Assembly: GCA_963693365.1 (NCBI GenBank)
Contig: CAVNZM010000007.1
Span: 9,049,962-9,113,961, forward strand
Direction: 5' to 3'
DNA length: 64,000 nucleotides
Source of the DNA: Amoebidium appalachense
Lineage: Eukaryota; Protista; Ichthyosporea
Positions within the stretch are counted from its first letter, which is position 1; each line of letters starts with the position of its first letter. The notes beneath the pieces are model-generated. The model did not search any database. It saw only the letters and a program-made list of their open reading frames with translations, and was not told the origin of the DNA. The position numbers and the translations under genes were made by a program. Shown here one piece after another: positions 21,938 through 35,761 of the stretch.

Positions 21938-24627
21938 GGGGGAGGGGGGGAGGGGGGAGGGGGTGGTTGAATGCGTCATAAAGTACGAAGTACACATGAG
22001 CAACGAATGTGGGGGGGGGGGGGGGGGGAAGGGAGGGAGGGAGGGAGGGAGGGAAGGGGAGAGGAGCAGCGGAGTTTTACCGTTTTGAAGTGCCGGTGGC
22101 TGTAGTTGGGTATCTGCTGGCACTACCTCTGCCTGAGATGGCCGTTTATACGTGGAGGGGGGTCGTGGTTTTGGTTGTGGCCGGGGCTTTGGCACAGGGG
22201 GTTCTACAGCCCTTAGCGTTTCAAAATTTGCATATATATCCCCATCCATCATAGCGGGGCTCGGGGCGGGTGAAGGTGCAACGGTAATTGGACCCCCCTG
22301 TGATGGTGGTCTAGGGGGGTCTGCAATTTGGGCAGGCATAATGGGTTGCTCCGGGGAGCCGTAGGGACGCAAACTGGCCTGGTTTGCATAGAGTGACTCC
22401 CCATCATCGGGCACATATCCTCTTGGTGGGCCAGGTGGTGGGTTGTCCCTGCAAAAAAAAAAAAAAAAAAACGGTTTAAATGTAACCTAAAGGCACGGGC
22501 ATAATAGCGGTGAACACGTGGCAAGCAAACACACTGACACGAGAGTGGAATGGCCGACGTGAATACCACAGAGGGGGGGGGGGGGGGGGGGGAAGACGAA
22601 AAACAATAAATAATAGTTGCTCTCGCTCTCGAGCCCGTCCGCACCACACAAAAACCCGAACCAACCCAAGTATCGATACAGGAACCCCCCTCCCCCCCTC
22701 ACTGCTCAACCTGCAGGTTCATTTCTCTCTGTCGCGCATCATCATGCATGCATGCTCCACTTGATGTGCACGAGCAGGAGTCAATCAATCTCTTGGCTCG
22801 ATTGTGCCACAGGTGCAAGCCCCCCTTTACCCTCCCTGACACACACACACACACACACACGCACACACGCACACGCACACACACACACACACAAACACAC
22901 AAACACACATTCGCGCACACACACGCACACACCCACCCACCCACCCAGAAACACAAGAAACACAAGCACATACACACACGCACACACACATGCACAGGCA
23001 CACACACACCCCCTCCTCCCCCTCCCCACGCCCACGCCCACCCCCACAATAACATGTTGGCCGAGCACACCACACACCTGTGCTGGGGATTGAAGTTGTA
23101 GTATGTGGGGTGCTGCTGTGGCTGCATGTGGCGTTGGCCCATGCCGTTCTCCTGCTGGGGGGGATAGTGGCCCATGGCCTGCCGCTGCACCAGCATGGGC
23201 CCGGGGGGCTGGCCGTGTGCCCGCATGTCCCCCATCACATTGTCGTGCATCAGCTGTCGTGGTGGGAGGGAATCGTACGGCACATCCCCCTCCCACCCAC
23301 CCGCGCGGTTAGATGGACGGCCACCCAACGTATCATAACCCATGTCGGGGGGTGGGGGGCCTCTCATAGCTGCCGGGCCGAGCGACTCATATGTAGATTC
23401 GGATGGGGGGGGGCTGGTGGGCGGCGGCCTGGCCAAGGGTGTCATAGGCACTCTCCATGGGTTGGGGGGGGTGCTGGGTGGCCCGCATGCCCAGTGTGTC
23501 ATAGGGCCCCTCAGGGGGCCCACGCATATCCAACCCCGCCATCCGTGCTGGAAGCGTGTCGTATCCCACCTCGGCCTGCCCGTGGAACGTATCATACGGA
23601 CTTTCCTGCCGTGGGGGTCCTTTTGGCTGGTAGGGGGCCATGGTGGGGGGGTTTTTAGGGGGCCCGCCACCCTGGGCCATCTCCATGTACATGGTGCTGT
23701 CACGTGATCTGTCTGCTGCCTCCTCCTCCATGGCCTGAGGACTGATGTCGTCATAGGCTAGGTCCGACGGCTGCACCGTGGCCCATGGTTTGCTGGAATC
23801 CCGCCCACGCATGCTCCCCTGCCCCTGTGAGCGCACGGAACCCCCCCCCACTAACGTAAGAATTGCGGTTCTGTTGTTGCATCTGCTGTGGGGGAAACTG
23901 CATGGGTACGGGCTGTGGGGCGGTCTGGGGGGCCACATTCATGTATGCATGTGCATGGCCGGAGGGATCCACCATTTGCTGAAGGTCTGCAGGGGGCCGT
24001 ACCACAGGCACCGAATTGTGCCGTGCAGGTGGGGGCACTGCCGTGGCCTGCTGCTGTGGGGGGGCATATGGTGGGCCCCCGATGGTTGCGGCTGACTGCC
24101 GGCCACCCAGCTTGCCTGCTGTGCTCATGGGCCCGGCTGTCGGCTGGGGCTGAGGTTGGGGCTGTTGAGGTTGGGGTGGGGCCGGGGTGGCGGCTGGGGC
24201 CTGGGCTGTGCCCACACGTATGGTCACGTGCTCCTTGCCCGTGCCAAAGGGCATCTTGCCCTTCTGGTGCTCAAAGTCCACCCGGAACACAATGCGGTCG
24301 TTTTGCGCAAGCGGCCGCTCGTTCACCTCCAGAATAATCGCCTCAAGCTTCTGTCGGAGCTCTTTCTTGCCCAGGTCCCCACCCTGCCGAAGAAGCTGCA
24401 CAAAACAAAAAGGGAAGAGGGAGAAGGGGGGGGAGAGAGGAGGGGGGAAGGAGGAGGGGGGGGGGGGGGGGGGGGAAGGCGTTTAGAATGTGTCACAGAG
24501 TACGAAGGGGGGGGGGGGGGGGGGGGGGAGGGCGTTTAGAAAGTGTCACAGAGTACGAAGGACAGATTCATGACGGCCAACACATTGTAGATACTGCAAA
24601 ATACAGAACAACGAGGAGTATGTCGGT

Positions 24628-24665
<38 letters not shown>

Positions 24666-24883
24666 TCGGAAATTCTCATGGCATATGGGATTGGGCACGA
24701 GCAGGTGAAGAAAGGGGTCGGGAAAGTAAGCAAACCATGAAAGACGGACACAGGGGACACAGGGGGAATGGGAAGGTGAGAGGGAGGGCGGGGGGGGGGG
24801 GTTGAATGCGTCAAAAAGTACGAAGTACACAAGAACAAACGGGGAGGGAAAGCTGAACACCACCACTGGAGCACACGTCCCCA

Positions 24884-24917
<34 letters not shown>

Positions 24918-25504
24918 ACAAAAAATAAAATAAAATAAATAAAAAATCCACTACCACCGAAGTTACATCACCATACCCGACACACACGCACACACACACA
25001 CACCTAAGCACGCACGTACACTTATAATCCTGACCCGCCCACACTACCTTATGCGCCATATTAGTGCATTAGCACCCGGCAACAAAAAGGGAGCATTCGG
25101 AAGTCCAAAAATGATAGGAAAGCCCTTGTGCACGCTGAACACAAGGACGACATTGCGCCACACACACACCAAAAAAAAAAAAAAAAAAAGAAGAAGAAGA
25201 AACCCCCAGACATACAAACGTAAAACACGTAAAACACACCCCTGCGCCGCAACCGCACATATAACTAGGATATACTCACAAAACCACCAAAACCCACCTC
25301 GTTAAGCTTCTCAACCCCATATTTGATATGCATCCATTCGCTCTGTGTGAGTTTTGCCGTTGCCAGTGTTGTTTTTGGAATCTCAATCAGCCTCTTTTCC
25401 GGCTTGCTCTTTGTGGAAAACGACACAATGTCGTGGTATCTTCGCTCGGTGTTAGTGTTGCCCACCACCGGGGTGGTTGCTGCGCGTTGAAGCGCCATTG
25501 ACAT
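19093..25504 (-). CDS. Pro/Tyr-motif-rich adaptor protein with C-terminal SH2 domain
   Basis: Exons 25504-25298, 24395-23078 (two +1 frameshifts in 9-nt C/G runs), 22448-22081, 21075-20712, 19934-19785, 19291-19093; phases are consistent. SH2: WF...RREYMEGLL...[20 protein letters not shown]...TLHLTV...[11 protein letters not shown]. An AG just before the ATG implies a further upstream exon that I could not place. Confidence 0.8.
21967..21997 (-). mobile_element. Terminal-only fragment of the poly-C-abutting element
   Basis: TTGAATGCGTCATAAAGTACGAAGTACACA directly after a G-rich tract; reverse complement of the family terminus. Confidence 0.7.
24482..24572 (-). mobile_element. Two tandem terminal fragments of a divergent subfamily
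   Basis: TTTAGAA(T/A)GTGTCACAGAGTACGAAG at 24482 and 24535, each a few nt after a G tract. Resembles 46331-46356. Confidence 0.6.
24802..24842 (-). mobile_element. Terminal fragment of subfamily 1
   Basis: TTGAATGCGTCAAAAAGTACGAAGTACACAAGAACAAACGG, identical to the end of 47054-47749, following a G-run. Confidence 0.8.
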
Positions 25505-26364
25505 CCTGCAAGCAGTGCGTGAGTTTTGCGCAAAACAAACATGTGTGCGCAGCAGCGGTTTAATAGAAACTTAATTAAAAAAAAAAAAAAAGAAAGTGTG
25601 TGTTTTCTAAAACAAGTAACTGTGGATGACAGGGTTGAACGGGCAGTGTATGTGCGTACTTGTGTGTGTGTGAGCCCGTGTGTACGTGTGGCATACATAT
25701 ATGTGTGTGTGTGTGAGTGTGTGTGAGTGTGTGAGTGTATGAGTGTGTGTGTGTGTGCGCGCGCATGCGCGTGTGTGTGCATGTGTAAGAGTTTCATCTT
25801 GCGGAGTGTGCTTGCGTGTACATGTGTTCATGTACACGTGCACGTGTTGTGTGTGTGCATGTGAACTTGTATGCCTGTATGCACATGTACCGAATAGGTG
25901 CACATGCACATGTGTATACAATATTGTTGGGATGATATTCATGTGTAAGATAAAACAGGCGGAAAGTGAATGGAGAAGGGAAACGAGGGGAGGGAAGGGG
26001 AAGGAAATCAGCAATGGGAGAAAGGAGATAATGAGGGTGGGTGGAGTAGGGGGGGGGGGGGGGGGGGGGGGGGGGGGAGGGGGGGGGAGGGGGAGGGGGG
26101 GGTACGGGAGAGGGGGAGAGGGAGAGAGAGGAAGAAGGGAGAGGGAGTGGGAGGGAGAGGGGGGAGGGGAGAGAGAAGGGGGGAAGGGGGGGGGGGGGAG
26201 AGCGAGAGAGAGAGAGAGAGAGACAGAGGAGGGAGAGGGAGAGAGACCAGAGAGAGAAAGAGATTCAAAGGGATAGAGAGAGGGATAGAGAGGAAGACAG
26301 GGAGAGAGAGGAAGGGGGGAGGGGGAGAGGGAGAGAGAGAGAGAGGGGAGGGGGGGGGGAGAGG

Positions 26365-26405
<41 letters not shown>

Positions 26406-26705
26406 AGAGAGGGAGAGAGAGGGAGGGGGGAGGGAGAGAGGAAAGAGAGAGAGAATGTCTCTCTCTGCGTGCGCACGCGTGTGTGATTAAACTATGTAGG
26501 GAGGTAGAAGGAGAGAACAGAAAAAGAAACGAGGGATATGCGGGGGAGAACATGTGGGTGACATAAAAGAAGAAGCCTGCTGCAAGCCATCACTTAACAA
26601 TCAACATAAGCAGACTGGAGTTCCCATATAACAAAAGCAAAGCCACAGATAGAAGGGCTGGGATGAAGGATACTAGTGAGGGCTACAGAAGGTGAACCAT
26701 GCATT

Positions 26706-26762
<57 letters not shown>

Positions 26763-27200
26763 GAGGGGGGGGGGGGGGAGAGGGAAGGGGGCTAGGAGGA
26801 GACAAACACCACAGGAAGCAGGCATTTTGGAGCATGAACTTAAGAAATGTCCGGTAAGCTGAACGAGCCACAACTATGGTTTCATTGGTAATATTGGTCC
26901 TGTATAGCCCCAAAGCAGGGTAGGCGAAAGAAGAGGGAGAGGAGAGGGGGCATGAGAAGAGAAAGAGAGAGAGAGAGAGAGAGGGGGGGGGGGGGGGGGG
27001 GGGGAGGGAGAGAGAGAGGGGGGGGAGGGAGGGAGGGAGGGAGGGAGGGAGGGAGGGAGGGAGGGAGGGAGGGAGGGAGGGAGGGATAGAGAGGAGGGAG
27101 GGAGAGATGGGGGAAGGGGGGGGGGAGAGAGAGAGAGAGAGCGAGAGCGAGAGAGCGACAGAGAGGAAAGGGAGAGAGGGAGAGAGAGAGAGAGAGAGAA

Positions 27201-27311
<111 letters not shown>

Positions 27312-29099
27312 ATGAGAGAGGGGGAGGGAGGGAGGGGAGGGGGAGGGGGGGGGGGGGGGGGGGGGGGAGCAAAAGCGCCCCAATGACCTTTCACCTAAAA
27401 GAAGCGGCAGCAAGCCTGATAAAAACATAGAGTTGACAGAACCAACAAAGACTAAGGGCTCGAAGCGATAGGGAAGAACATGCGGGTTATCTTGTTCGGT
27501 ACATCGTGTAATGCACAACACACAACGAACATGGTAACACATACAATAAAAAGAATATGAAAAAGAAACTCACAGAGCAAGAGACATATGCCAAACGAGG
27601 CCCATACGGTCGGGGTGAGTGGAGGCCGGTCGGGGCAAAAGTGAGGGAGGATGCAGGAAGGAGGGGGAGAGGGAGGGTGGGGGAGAGCAAGAGAAAGAGA
27701 GAGATTACACATGAGAAAAAAAGCATAATGAGCAGTACGGAAAGAGCTTCTGTGACAAAAGAAGCAGCAACACAAGTAAACAAGAGCAGGAGGGACTGAG
27801 CAAGACAGCAGTCTTCAAGTCGTACAAGAGGTTGTGCCAGCTAGTAGCAACACGGCACGCAAAAACGAGCAAAAGAAAAAGTGGCAGCTAATGCCAGTTC
27901 TTTGTGCACTTAATGGGAGTGGAGAGCCCAAAGGCAAAGAAGAGAAAACGACGAAGTTGAAGCCTGAGCACCTTCTTTAGCCCAAACCCTTTAAACCGTA
28001 CGGAGCAACACGTATTGTTAGGCTGCCACGGGAGCTAAAACCTGAAGGTAGTGACGAAGCAGGGTAAGCGGGAGGAAAAGGAGTGAGAGTTTTCAATCAG
28101 AGTGTATCGGTATGGCGATATTTCTAGGTCAATAGAGAGTGCAAGAAATAGTGAAAGGCGATTCTAAAGAATGATGCGCATGTGCGTGACCTTTGTGAGC
28201 TTCGTTCTCCAACAAAGTATGAAAAAACCGGAGGTGAAAAGAATTTCCGCTTAAATCTGTTACCAACATCCAACCTACCTTGGACGCCAACCAGGAGGAA
28301 TTCGACGAGTGGTTCAGAGTGTTTTGGTGTCACTTTGCCGTGAAAAACCAAAGCGTCCTTTCATGTAAGGAGGTAGGTGACACGAAAGTGAGTTCGAAGT
28401 ACACTGTGGAGAACCTTGCGTACCCTTGCCAGTTCTTACAAAGACATCCACAACCATCACTCCAAAATTCTCTCCCTGTGAAGAACGGCAGATAACAATG
28501 TATCCTACAAAACCCAACACATATTCCAAGATATTTAGGCCTCAACACGTGAACATGAAAGATACAACCTCACTGAAAGGATAAGTGTACGAAGTATCAT
28601 GATCAGAAGAAGTGAAGTTGCCAAAGCCGTTCACGCCATCCGACGGCATTCATGTCCAAACCCTGATATGCTAACACATATGCATGATATACAATTTACA
28701 TATGCAAGATAAACAGTTTACAAACTGATTTACAATTTTTAAAATGATGATTTTAAAGACTTTGAGCTTCTAAATATATTCTTGTGTAGAAATTACAGTT
28801 TTGGTTCTTGCCGCCTCCGGGGCTTCGTAGATTGCGAAGGGATGGAATTGATCATTCTCAGTCGTACGGCGCGATCAAAATATCGAACTGGCGCTAACGC
28901 GACGCACAACTTTGCAAGGGATTTGTAGCCTAAATAAGGAATGAAAGGTAGAAAAGAGAAAACTAACAATTAATAACCAGAGTAACACAAAAAACGTCAA
29001 CAGTAAATGCTCGTTCGATTTTGTGCGTCACATTTCGGCCTTGAGGTCGGCGAGCAAGCTCTGTACAGGGTCCGGGGCTCAGGCCACGGCCTTTGAGGG

Positions 29100-29480
29100 C
29101 CGTGCTCAGGCACTCCGGCTCAATTCCATGCGGCGCCATCGATCGTGATCAGCGCAATGGCGCACTCATTGCAATGACGTCACAAGCGCGGGGGAGGTCG
29201 AAACGTGCACGAAAATGATTACATAAATTTGACATGACTGCACCATGCTGTGCCGAAGCGAATATTAGTTGTAGCCTAGCATGCGTGTATACACCGGTTT
29301 GTGTGAATAAGCACCGGTTTGTGTGAATAAGCATGAATGGCCAAAGATCTGCCCTTGGGTAGTGTAGAAAACTCGCGATAATAACAGCCAAGCGGAACCA
29401 TTAAAAAGTTTGTATCTTTCATGTTTGTGCGTGTCATAAACAAACTCAATACATCTAGTGATCCAGGCCATAGCAGATCC
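29100..29480. promoter_or_regulatory. Putative promoter region upstream of HSCB, divergent from the SH2 gene
   Basis: Microsatellite-free, CpG-containing region with a TGACGTCA (CRE-like) palindrome near 29176, immediately upstream of the HSCB ATG. Confidence 0.35.
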
Positions 29481-29483
29481 AAG

Positions 29484-30728
29484 ATGCTACGTTCTACGCT
29501 TCGTCTAGCGCTTTTTGCGCCGAGCCTGCGGAGGTTGGCGCAGCGAACAGCCGTCCTACCCAGCCAGACGGTGGCAGCATATGCGGTCTGGCGCACAGGT
29601 ATGTATAGCATAGTCATGTTAACTAGGAGCGGTTTTTGGACCGCTTTTCTTGTTGTCTGGGTTTGTTTCTGTGTGGCCGTGTGTGTCTTGTCATCTTCCA
29701 CCTTCATAAAGAAGCATCTTCTTTCCTTTCGCGAGGTCTTTATCAGGGTCCCTTAGTTGTTTTTGGTCGCTCGTGTGCCCAGGCTCCAAAGGTTTCAACT
29801 CTTTCTTCCTTTTTTTGCCCCTGTGATCTCGTGCTGAAAGCTGTTGTTGCTCTCCTTTACTATTTTTACTGCACTGGCTTCCGTAACGCTATCCCCCCCC
29901 CCCCCCCCCCCCTCCCCCCCCCCCCCCTCCCGTCCCCTCCAGCCACCATCTCCTTTCCCCCCGCCCGACCTGCCCCTCTCCCTCTTATCGTCCTTCACTC
30001 CCTCCGTATACTCTACCCTTTCTCACCTACTTTCTCCCCCCTCCCCCCCCCCCCCCCCCCTCCCTCCCCTCCCCTTGCTCTCTTCCCTTTACCCTCACTT
30101 CCCCCCCCCCCCCTCCCCCTTGCCCGCCCCGCCCCCGCCCCTTCATTACTCTCCCCCCACCTCCCGTCCCTTCTCCCCCCTTTCCCCCAGCCTTTCCTCC
30201 CTCCCTTCCTCTTGTCACTCCCTCTTTCTTCCACTGGGAAGTTTGAGAAGAGGGCATATTTGAGGGTGGGAGGGAGATGGGGGGGAAGGGGGAGGGGGGC
30301 TGCAAGCACCCTTTGCGTGCCTTAGCTCTTCGTTTCTTCCCCTTTCCCTCTTTCCCCACTTCTTCTTTGAAGGTTAGACTCTCTTGAAAAGGCACTCTCG
30401 TCTCTTTCGTTTTCTTTGCCCCCTGCCGGCTTCACCCAAGGACCTACCTTCATGATTTTTTGTGAACAACCTTGACGTTTCTTTCTTTCACAGCTTCTAA
30501 ATATACACTGTGTTCAGCTTCTTGGTTGCAATGGTTGTCATCCTCTTGCTTTATCATCCTCGGAGTACTCGGTGAGCAAAATATTTTCTCACTCACGACT
30601 TGCAGGCATACAACGGTTCCGACCTGCTTCAGTCTTTGGTGCAAGGCAGCTGCACTCGACACTCGGCCTCGAAGATGCAAGGTGGGTCTGTTCGGTGTTT
30701 GGTGTGATGGTTGCTTGCTCAGGCTGTG

Positions 30729-30768
<40 letters not shown>

Positions 30769-30884
30769 GAATCAAGATTGGAGCGGCGTGTCGAAAATTC
30801 CTAGACAATTCACCACTGTGGGGTTGTATGCTGCACCCTTTCTGGGAGGGCTAGACGCGCACTTGCTGGTATTGGTCCTGAGCT

Positions 30885-30915
<31 letters not shown>

Positions 30916-31912
30916 CATGTGTGTGTGTGTGTGTGTGTGTGCATGTGTGTGTGTGTGTGTGCCATTCTGTTAACTAACACCAGAATACACGTGCGCACAG
31001 CAAAACCGCCGAGTACGACAAAGCATGCGAGCAGCTAATCAAGTGCTGGTCGTGCGAGAAGCAACAGGACCCCCACCCAGCACATGCTCAGGACGCATTT
31101 TTCTGCCCGGGGTGTGGGGCTGTGCAGCCACCACACCCACATTTATCACACTTTGCTACTCTAGACATGTAGGATAACCCCTTCCCTCATCCCCCCCCCC
31201 CCGCCCACCCTTACCCCTCCCTCCCGGGCCTTTCCCCCCCCCCCCCCCCCCTCCCCCCCCCCCCCCCCTTCTTTATTCTCATTCTGTCTGCCTCCACGAT
31301 CCTTGGCTCCCCCTCCCCTCCCCTCCCCTCCCCTCCCCTCCTCACCTTTCCCCTTCTTCCTCCCCCCCCCCCCCCCCCCCCCCCCTTCCAATCCCCACCC
31401 TCTCCTCCCGCCGCAGGCGACTTTCTCATGGTCGCACGCAACCTTTCTCACTTCTATGCTTTTTCTCGACTTCCTTCCCACTCACCGACCCTCTCACTCT
31501 TCCCACTTTCGTCATACTCCGGATGTTGCCCTTTGACCGAGCTGAGTCTGCTCATCGTAAGAACCTTTTTATCATCCATGTATCAGCATATCCACAAGTG
31601 ACACCATCAAAGTGGTTAAGTTTGGGTCCAGCGAGAGAAGAGGTGGTGGTATTTGTATAGTGTGTCGAATTCTGCAGCGGATGTTTTTGCTTTGGGAGGC
31701 CTAATGACCTATGTTACCCCCAGGCGACCGACCTATGATCTGGACACGTCACAGCTGCACAAGAACTTTCGAAGATTACAGGCAATTGTGCACCCAGACA
31801 AGTTTTCTGGCCGTTCAAAGGTATTTTTGTTTGTTATTCTCCTTTTCATGCTGCCCCCCCCCCCCCCCCCCCAAAAAAAAAAAAAAAAAAAAAAAAACAC
31901 AACCTACCACAC

Positions 31913-32008
<96 letters not shown>

Positions 32009-32850
32009 CCTGTCCTTATACTCTGGCCCACCCAAAGCCCACCTCCATGGCACCATTACTCTGTGAATTCTCAATGGCTAAGTCTCTCTCTGTGTGTAAT
32101 TCTCCACTGCACAGCACCAATAATGGCGCCCTTCTGGCACTGCCCACCGGCCCTTTCCGTTTTTCATAGAAACATAATCTGGTGGTTGAAGTTAGCATGG
32201 AAGCAGCAGAGGACTTTTTTTTGGGGGGGGGGGGGGGGAGGGGGGCGGGGAGGGGGGTTGAGAATCTGTTAGTGAATTATTTCGGTAGATCAGTAGGAGG
32301 GAAAGATGGGGAGGGTGTGTTTGGGGGAGGGGGGGGGGGGGGGGGGGGAGGATGGGGGCTCAAGTTACGGGGGTTGGGTGTGTGTGTGGGGGGGGGGGGG
32401 GGGAGGGGGGAGGGGTGGTGTTGAGAATGCTGCGTTAGTGAGTTATTTCGGTAGATCAGTAGGAGGGAAAGATGGGGAGGGTGGGGTGTGGGGGGGGGGG
32501 GGGGGGGAAGAATTGGGTGGAAAATGATCTGATTGGTTGAAGTATCCTAAGGAAAGGGGGGGGAAACGGGGCGAGAAGGGCGAGAGAGAGGGAGGGAGGG
32601 AGGGCATTTAATGTGTTGCTGAGTATGGGGACGGCGCAGGAACAACAACGAAATAGTGCCATGTTGTCATCACACCTCAACCGGGCATTCTCGACACTCA
32701 GAGACCCACTCAATAGGGGCCTGTACATGGTGGGTGGCCCCCAGTTGCTCTCCTGTAGCGCCATCTATGTCCTCTCCCCTTTTTCTTCTTTTTGAACACA
32801 TTTAAATATGCACACGCATGCGCGGTAATGCACACACACACACGCGCGCG

Positions 32851-32926
<76 letters not shown>

Positions 32927-33645
32927 CGCATGCGCGCGTGCGACTTAAAAGAATGCCAATGCAATTACAGTATTCCGGGTTTTTCTTTTTTGGAAGGTGA
33001 GTGAATAGTGGCGGTGTTCGTTCGCTTGTTTTGCTTTTGTCAGAATGCAAAAAGGAGCCAGGGTTACTCTGCTTGGATTGAAGGTGTTTTCGACCCCCCG
33101 GGGGGGGGGGGGGGGGGGGGGGGAGGGGGGGGTAAGGGGGTAAGTACAGATACACATGGAAAGGGGAGAGGGTGTGCATGCGTGTGTGAGTGCTACTTGT
33201 GTGTGTGTGTTTTCCGTAAGGGGATTGGGAGGGTCACGGTAAGGGGGGGAAGGTCCGGGGGGGGGGGGGGGGGGGGGGGATGATGAGGAGAGTGGAGGAG
33301 CATGACCTGTTTATATCACCTGTGCATACAAGGTTGTTATCTTTTACCTTATTGGAAAAAACGGAGGGGATAAAGATGTATAGTTGTTTCTGTTCGATTT
33401 CTAAGCATTTATATTTGTGGGCATGCAGCTAGAGCAGCATGGGCTTGGTGTGGAGGAGGGGGAGAAGATTAGTGACATGGGCCTGCTGATGGAGATCATG
33501 GAGGTTAACGAGGCACTGGAGGACGCACACAGCCTGCAGGTGGGTGGGTGGCTGTGTGTATGTGGGGTGGGTGGGTGGGTGGGTGTGTAGGGGGGGTGAG
33601 TGGGTGCATAGTGGGGGTGGTGGTGGTGGGTGGGTGGAGGGGCCG

Positions 33646-33677
<32 letters not shown>

Positions 33678-34182
33678 GGGGGGGAGGGGGGGAGGGGGAG
33701 GGGGGGAGGGGGGGGGGGGGCAAGTCGTATTCGAATTTTCTTTGTGTATGTAAGGGGGAGAGGGGGGAGGGGGCGGGGGAGTGTGTGTGGGGGGGGGGGG
33801 GGGGGGAGGTGAGAGGAGGAGGGGGCAGGGGAGTATGTAGCACGTAGGAAGAGATCCACACACGTCGAAACACAACGCACATATACAGCTATCAAAACAC
33901 CCTTTTCAATGCACTTCTCTCCTGGGGCACGCACATGCCTAGACACCGATCATATGCCACTGGCATGTATCATGCACGCTGCATTTCAGTTCTGGTCATC
34001 TGATTGGCTGTGCTGACACGGTGGTCCACTCACAGGAGGTCCAGGAGTTGGGCAAGAGGAATGCTGGTTAGTGCCCTATCCTCCCCCCCCCCAAAATCGT
34101 ATATTCCCTATGTTGTCTGTACGTTTCCATTTCTCACCTCCACTGCATGTGTATCCTTCTCCCCCCTCCCTCCCCTCTCTCT

Positions 34183-34213
<31 letters not shown>

Positions 34214-34383
34214 ACCCCTCCACCCCACCCGACCCCGCTCCGGACACATACATGGTCCAGGCTCCTGGCTCATATTTCAAGGTGCATAGTTTATTATAAG
34301 TGCACACACAAGCGAGGGTGCACACACACACACACACACCAACAGATAAGCCCCAACACACGCACACACGCACAGACACACAC

Positions 34384-34442
<59 letters not shown>

Positions 34443-35570
34443 GCGCGCACACACGAGCAGGTGTATCTTATTTTCTTCACAAGGATTTCGGGGGTAGGCC
34501 AGAGATGGGTTGAACAAAAGAGGGGGGGGGGGAGGCACTGGGCACGTGTATGGAGGTATGGTTCGTTTGGTACACTAAATGCACAAGCAGAAAGACTCGA
34601 AGTCTAAGAACAGGAGGTGAGAAAGGGAGGGAAGAGAATGACTTGTTGTTCATGTGTGTAACCCCCCCCTCCCCCCCTTCCTCCTTCCTTCTCCTCGTAC
34701 TTTCACTCGGCGGGGGCGATCGATCGCCACGAATGCCCACACGCAAACACACACATGTTTTTCGGCAAACTATTTGCTGGTGTTCTCTGACCATATGTCG
34801 GTGTGTGCAGTCAAACTCGAAGAGGCCGTTCAGGCCGCATCGAAGGCCTTCAAAGCAGGCGACTTGCAGGTTGGTCCCCCCCCCCCCCCTCCCCCCCCCC
34901 CCTCTTATTTGTTTTTGTTTTCTTGGGGAGATGAAGGGCGGGGAGGGGGGGGGGGGGGGGGAGGGTTGGCTAAGGACGTCTGTGTGCGTAGCTTGGCATA
35001 TGATGGGAATGATTTAAGAGCACTTGGAGAGGGGTTCAGAAGAGAAGTGAGGGATAATGCTCGATGATTATGAGGCAGGGAAAGACATCAACGTTGTCTG
35101 GACGTTGGTAACTGAAGATTTTGCGTCTGCCATGGCATGCACGATCTCAGGGATAGAAGATTGTGTAAGCACGCGTAGGTTTGTCTGAGTGGACATACAC
35201 GTGTGTGTGTGTGGGCACGAATTCGCATGCTGGTGCGGGTGTGTGCATGCATGGATGTGTTTTTAGATGCTGGGGTGCGAAACGATGTGTTCTTCTTTTT
35301 CCCCCCTCTGAGTATGGGAGTGTGTGTGGGTGTGTGTGGGTGTGGATGTTTGTGTGGTGGTAGTGATGGTGGTGGCAGTGGAGTGTGTGTATATGTTGTG
35401 TGTGTGTGTGTGCGTGTGTGTGTGTGCGCGCGCGTGTGTGTGTGTGCGCGCGCGCGCGCGTGTGTGTGTGCGCGCGCGTGTGTGTGCGCGCGCGCGTGCA
35501 TGCATGTGTAAGTGTGTTCGGAGGATGAGTATGTGGTGTGTGTGTGTGTGGGGGAGGTGGTGGTGGTGGT

Positions 35571-35614
<44 letters not shown>

Positions 35615-35761
35615 AGGGAAAGGGTGCAAGACGGAAGGATGCTTTTGTTTGACACGTGTGTGCAGGCGGCCAAGCAAGCGCTCGTGCGGTTGCGGTTTTA
35701 CAGCAATGTGGCAAAGTCGGTCATCTACTGGCAGCCTGGCCAGCCCGTGCTGGTCCACTGA
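29484..35761 (+). CDS. HSCB: Mitochondrial Fe-S cluster co-chaperone HscB/Hsc20 (Jac1)
   Basis: Exons 29484-29598, (30494-30571 optional), 30606-30680, 31001-31168, 31724-31820, 32640-32729, 33429-33539, 34036-34066, 34811-34869, 35666-35761. Arg-rich presequence, CWSC...FCPGC tetracysteine motif, J-domain [37 protein letters not shown], and C-terminal RLRFY. Confidence 0.93.

Noticed and set aside
28124-28548. Short overlapping ORFs upstream of the SH2 gene
   Set aside because: No recognisable motif or consistent splice partners; this may be UTR or intergenic sequence.
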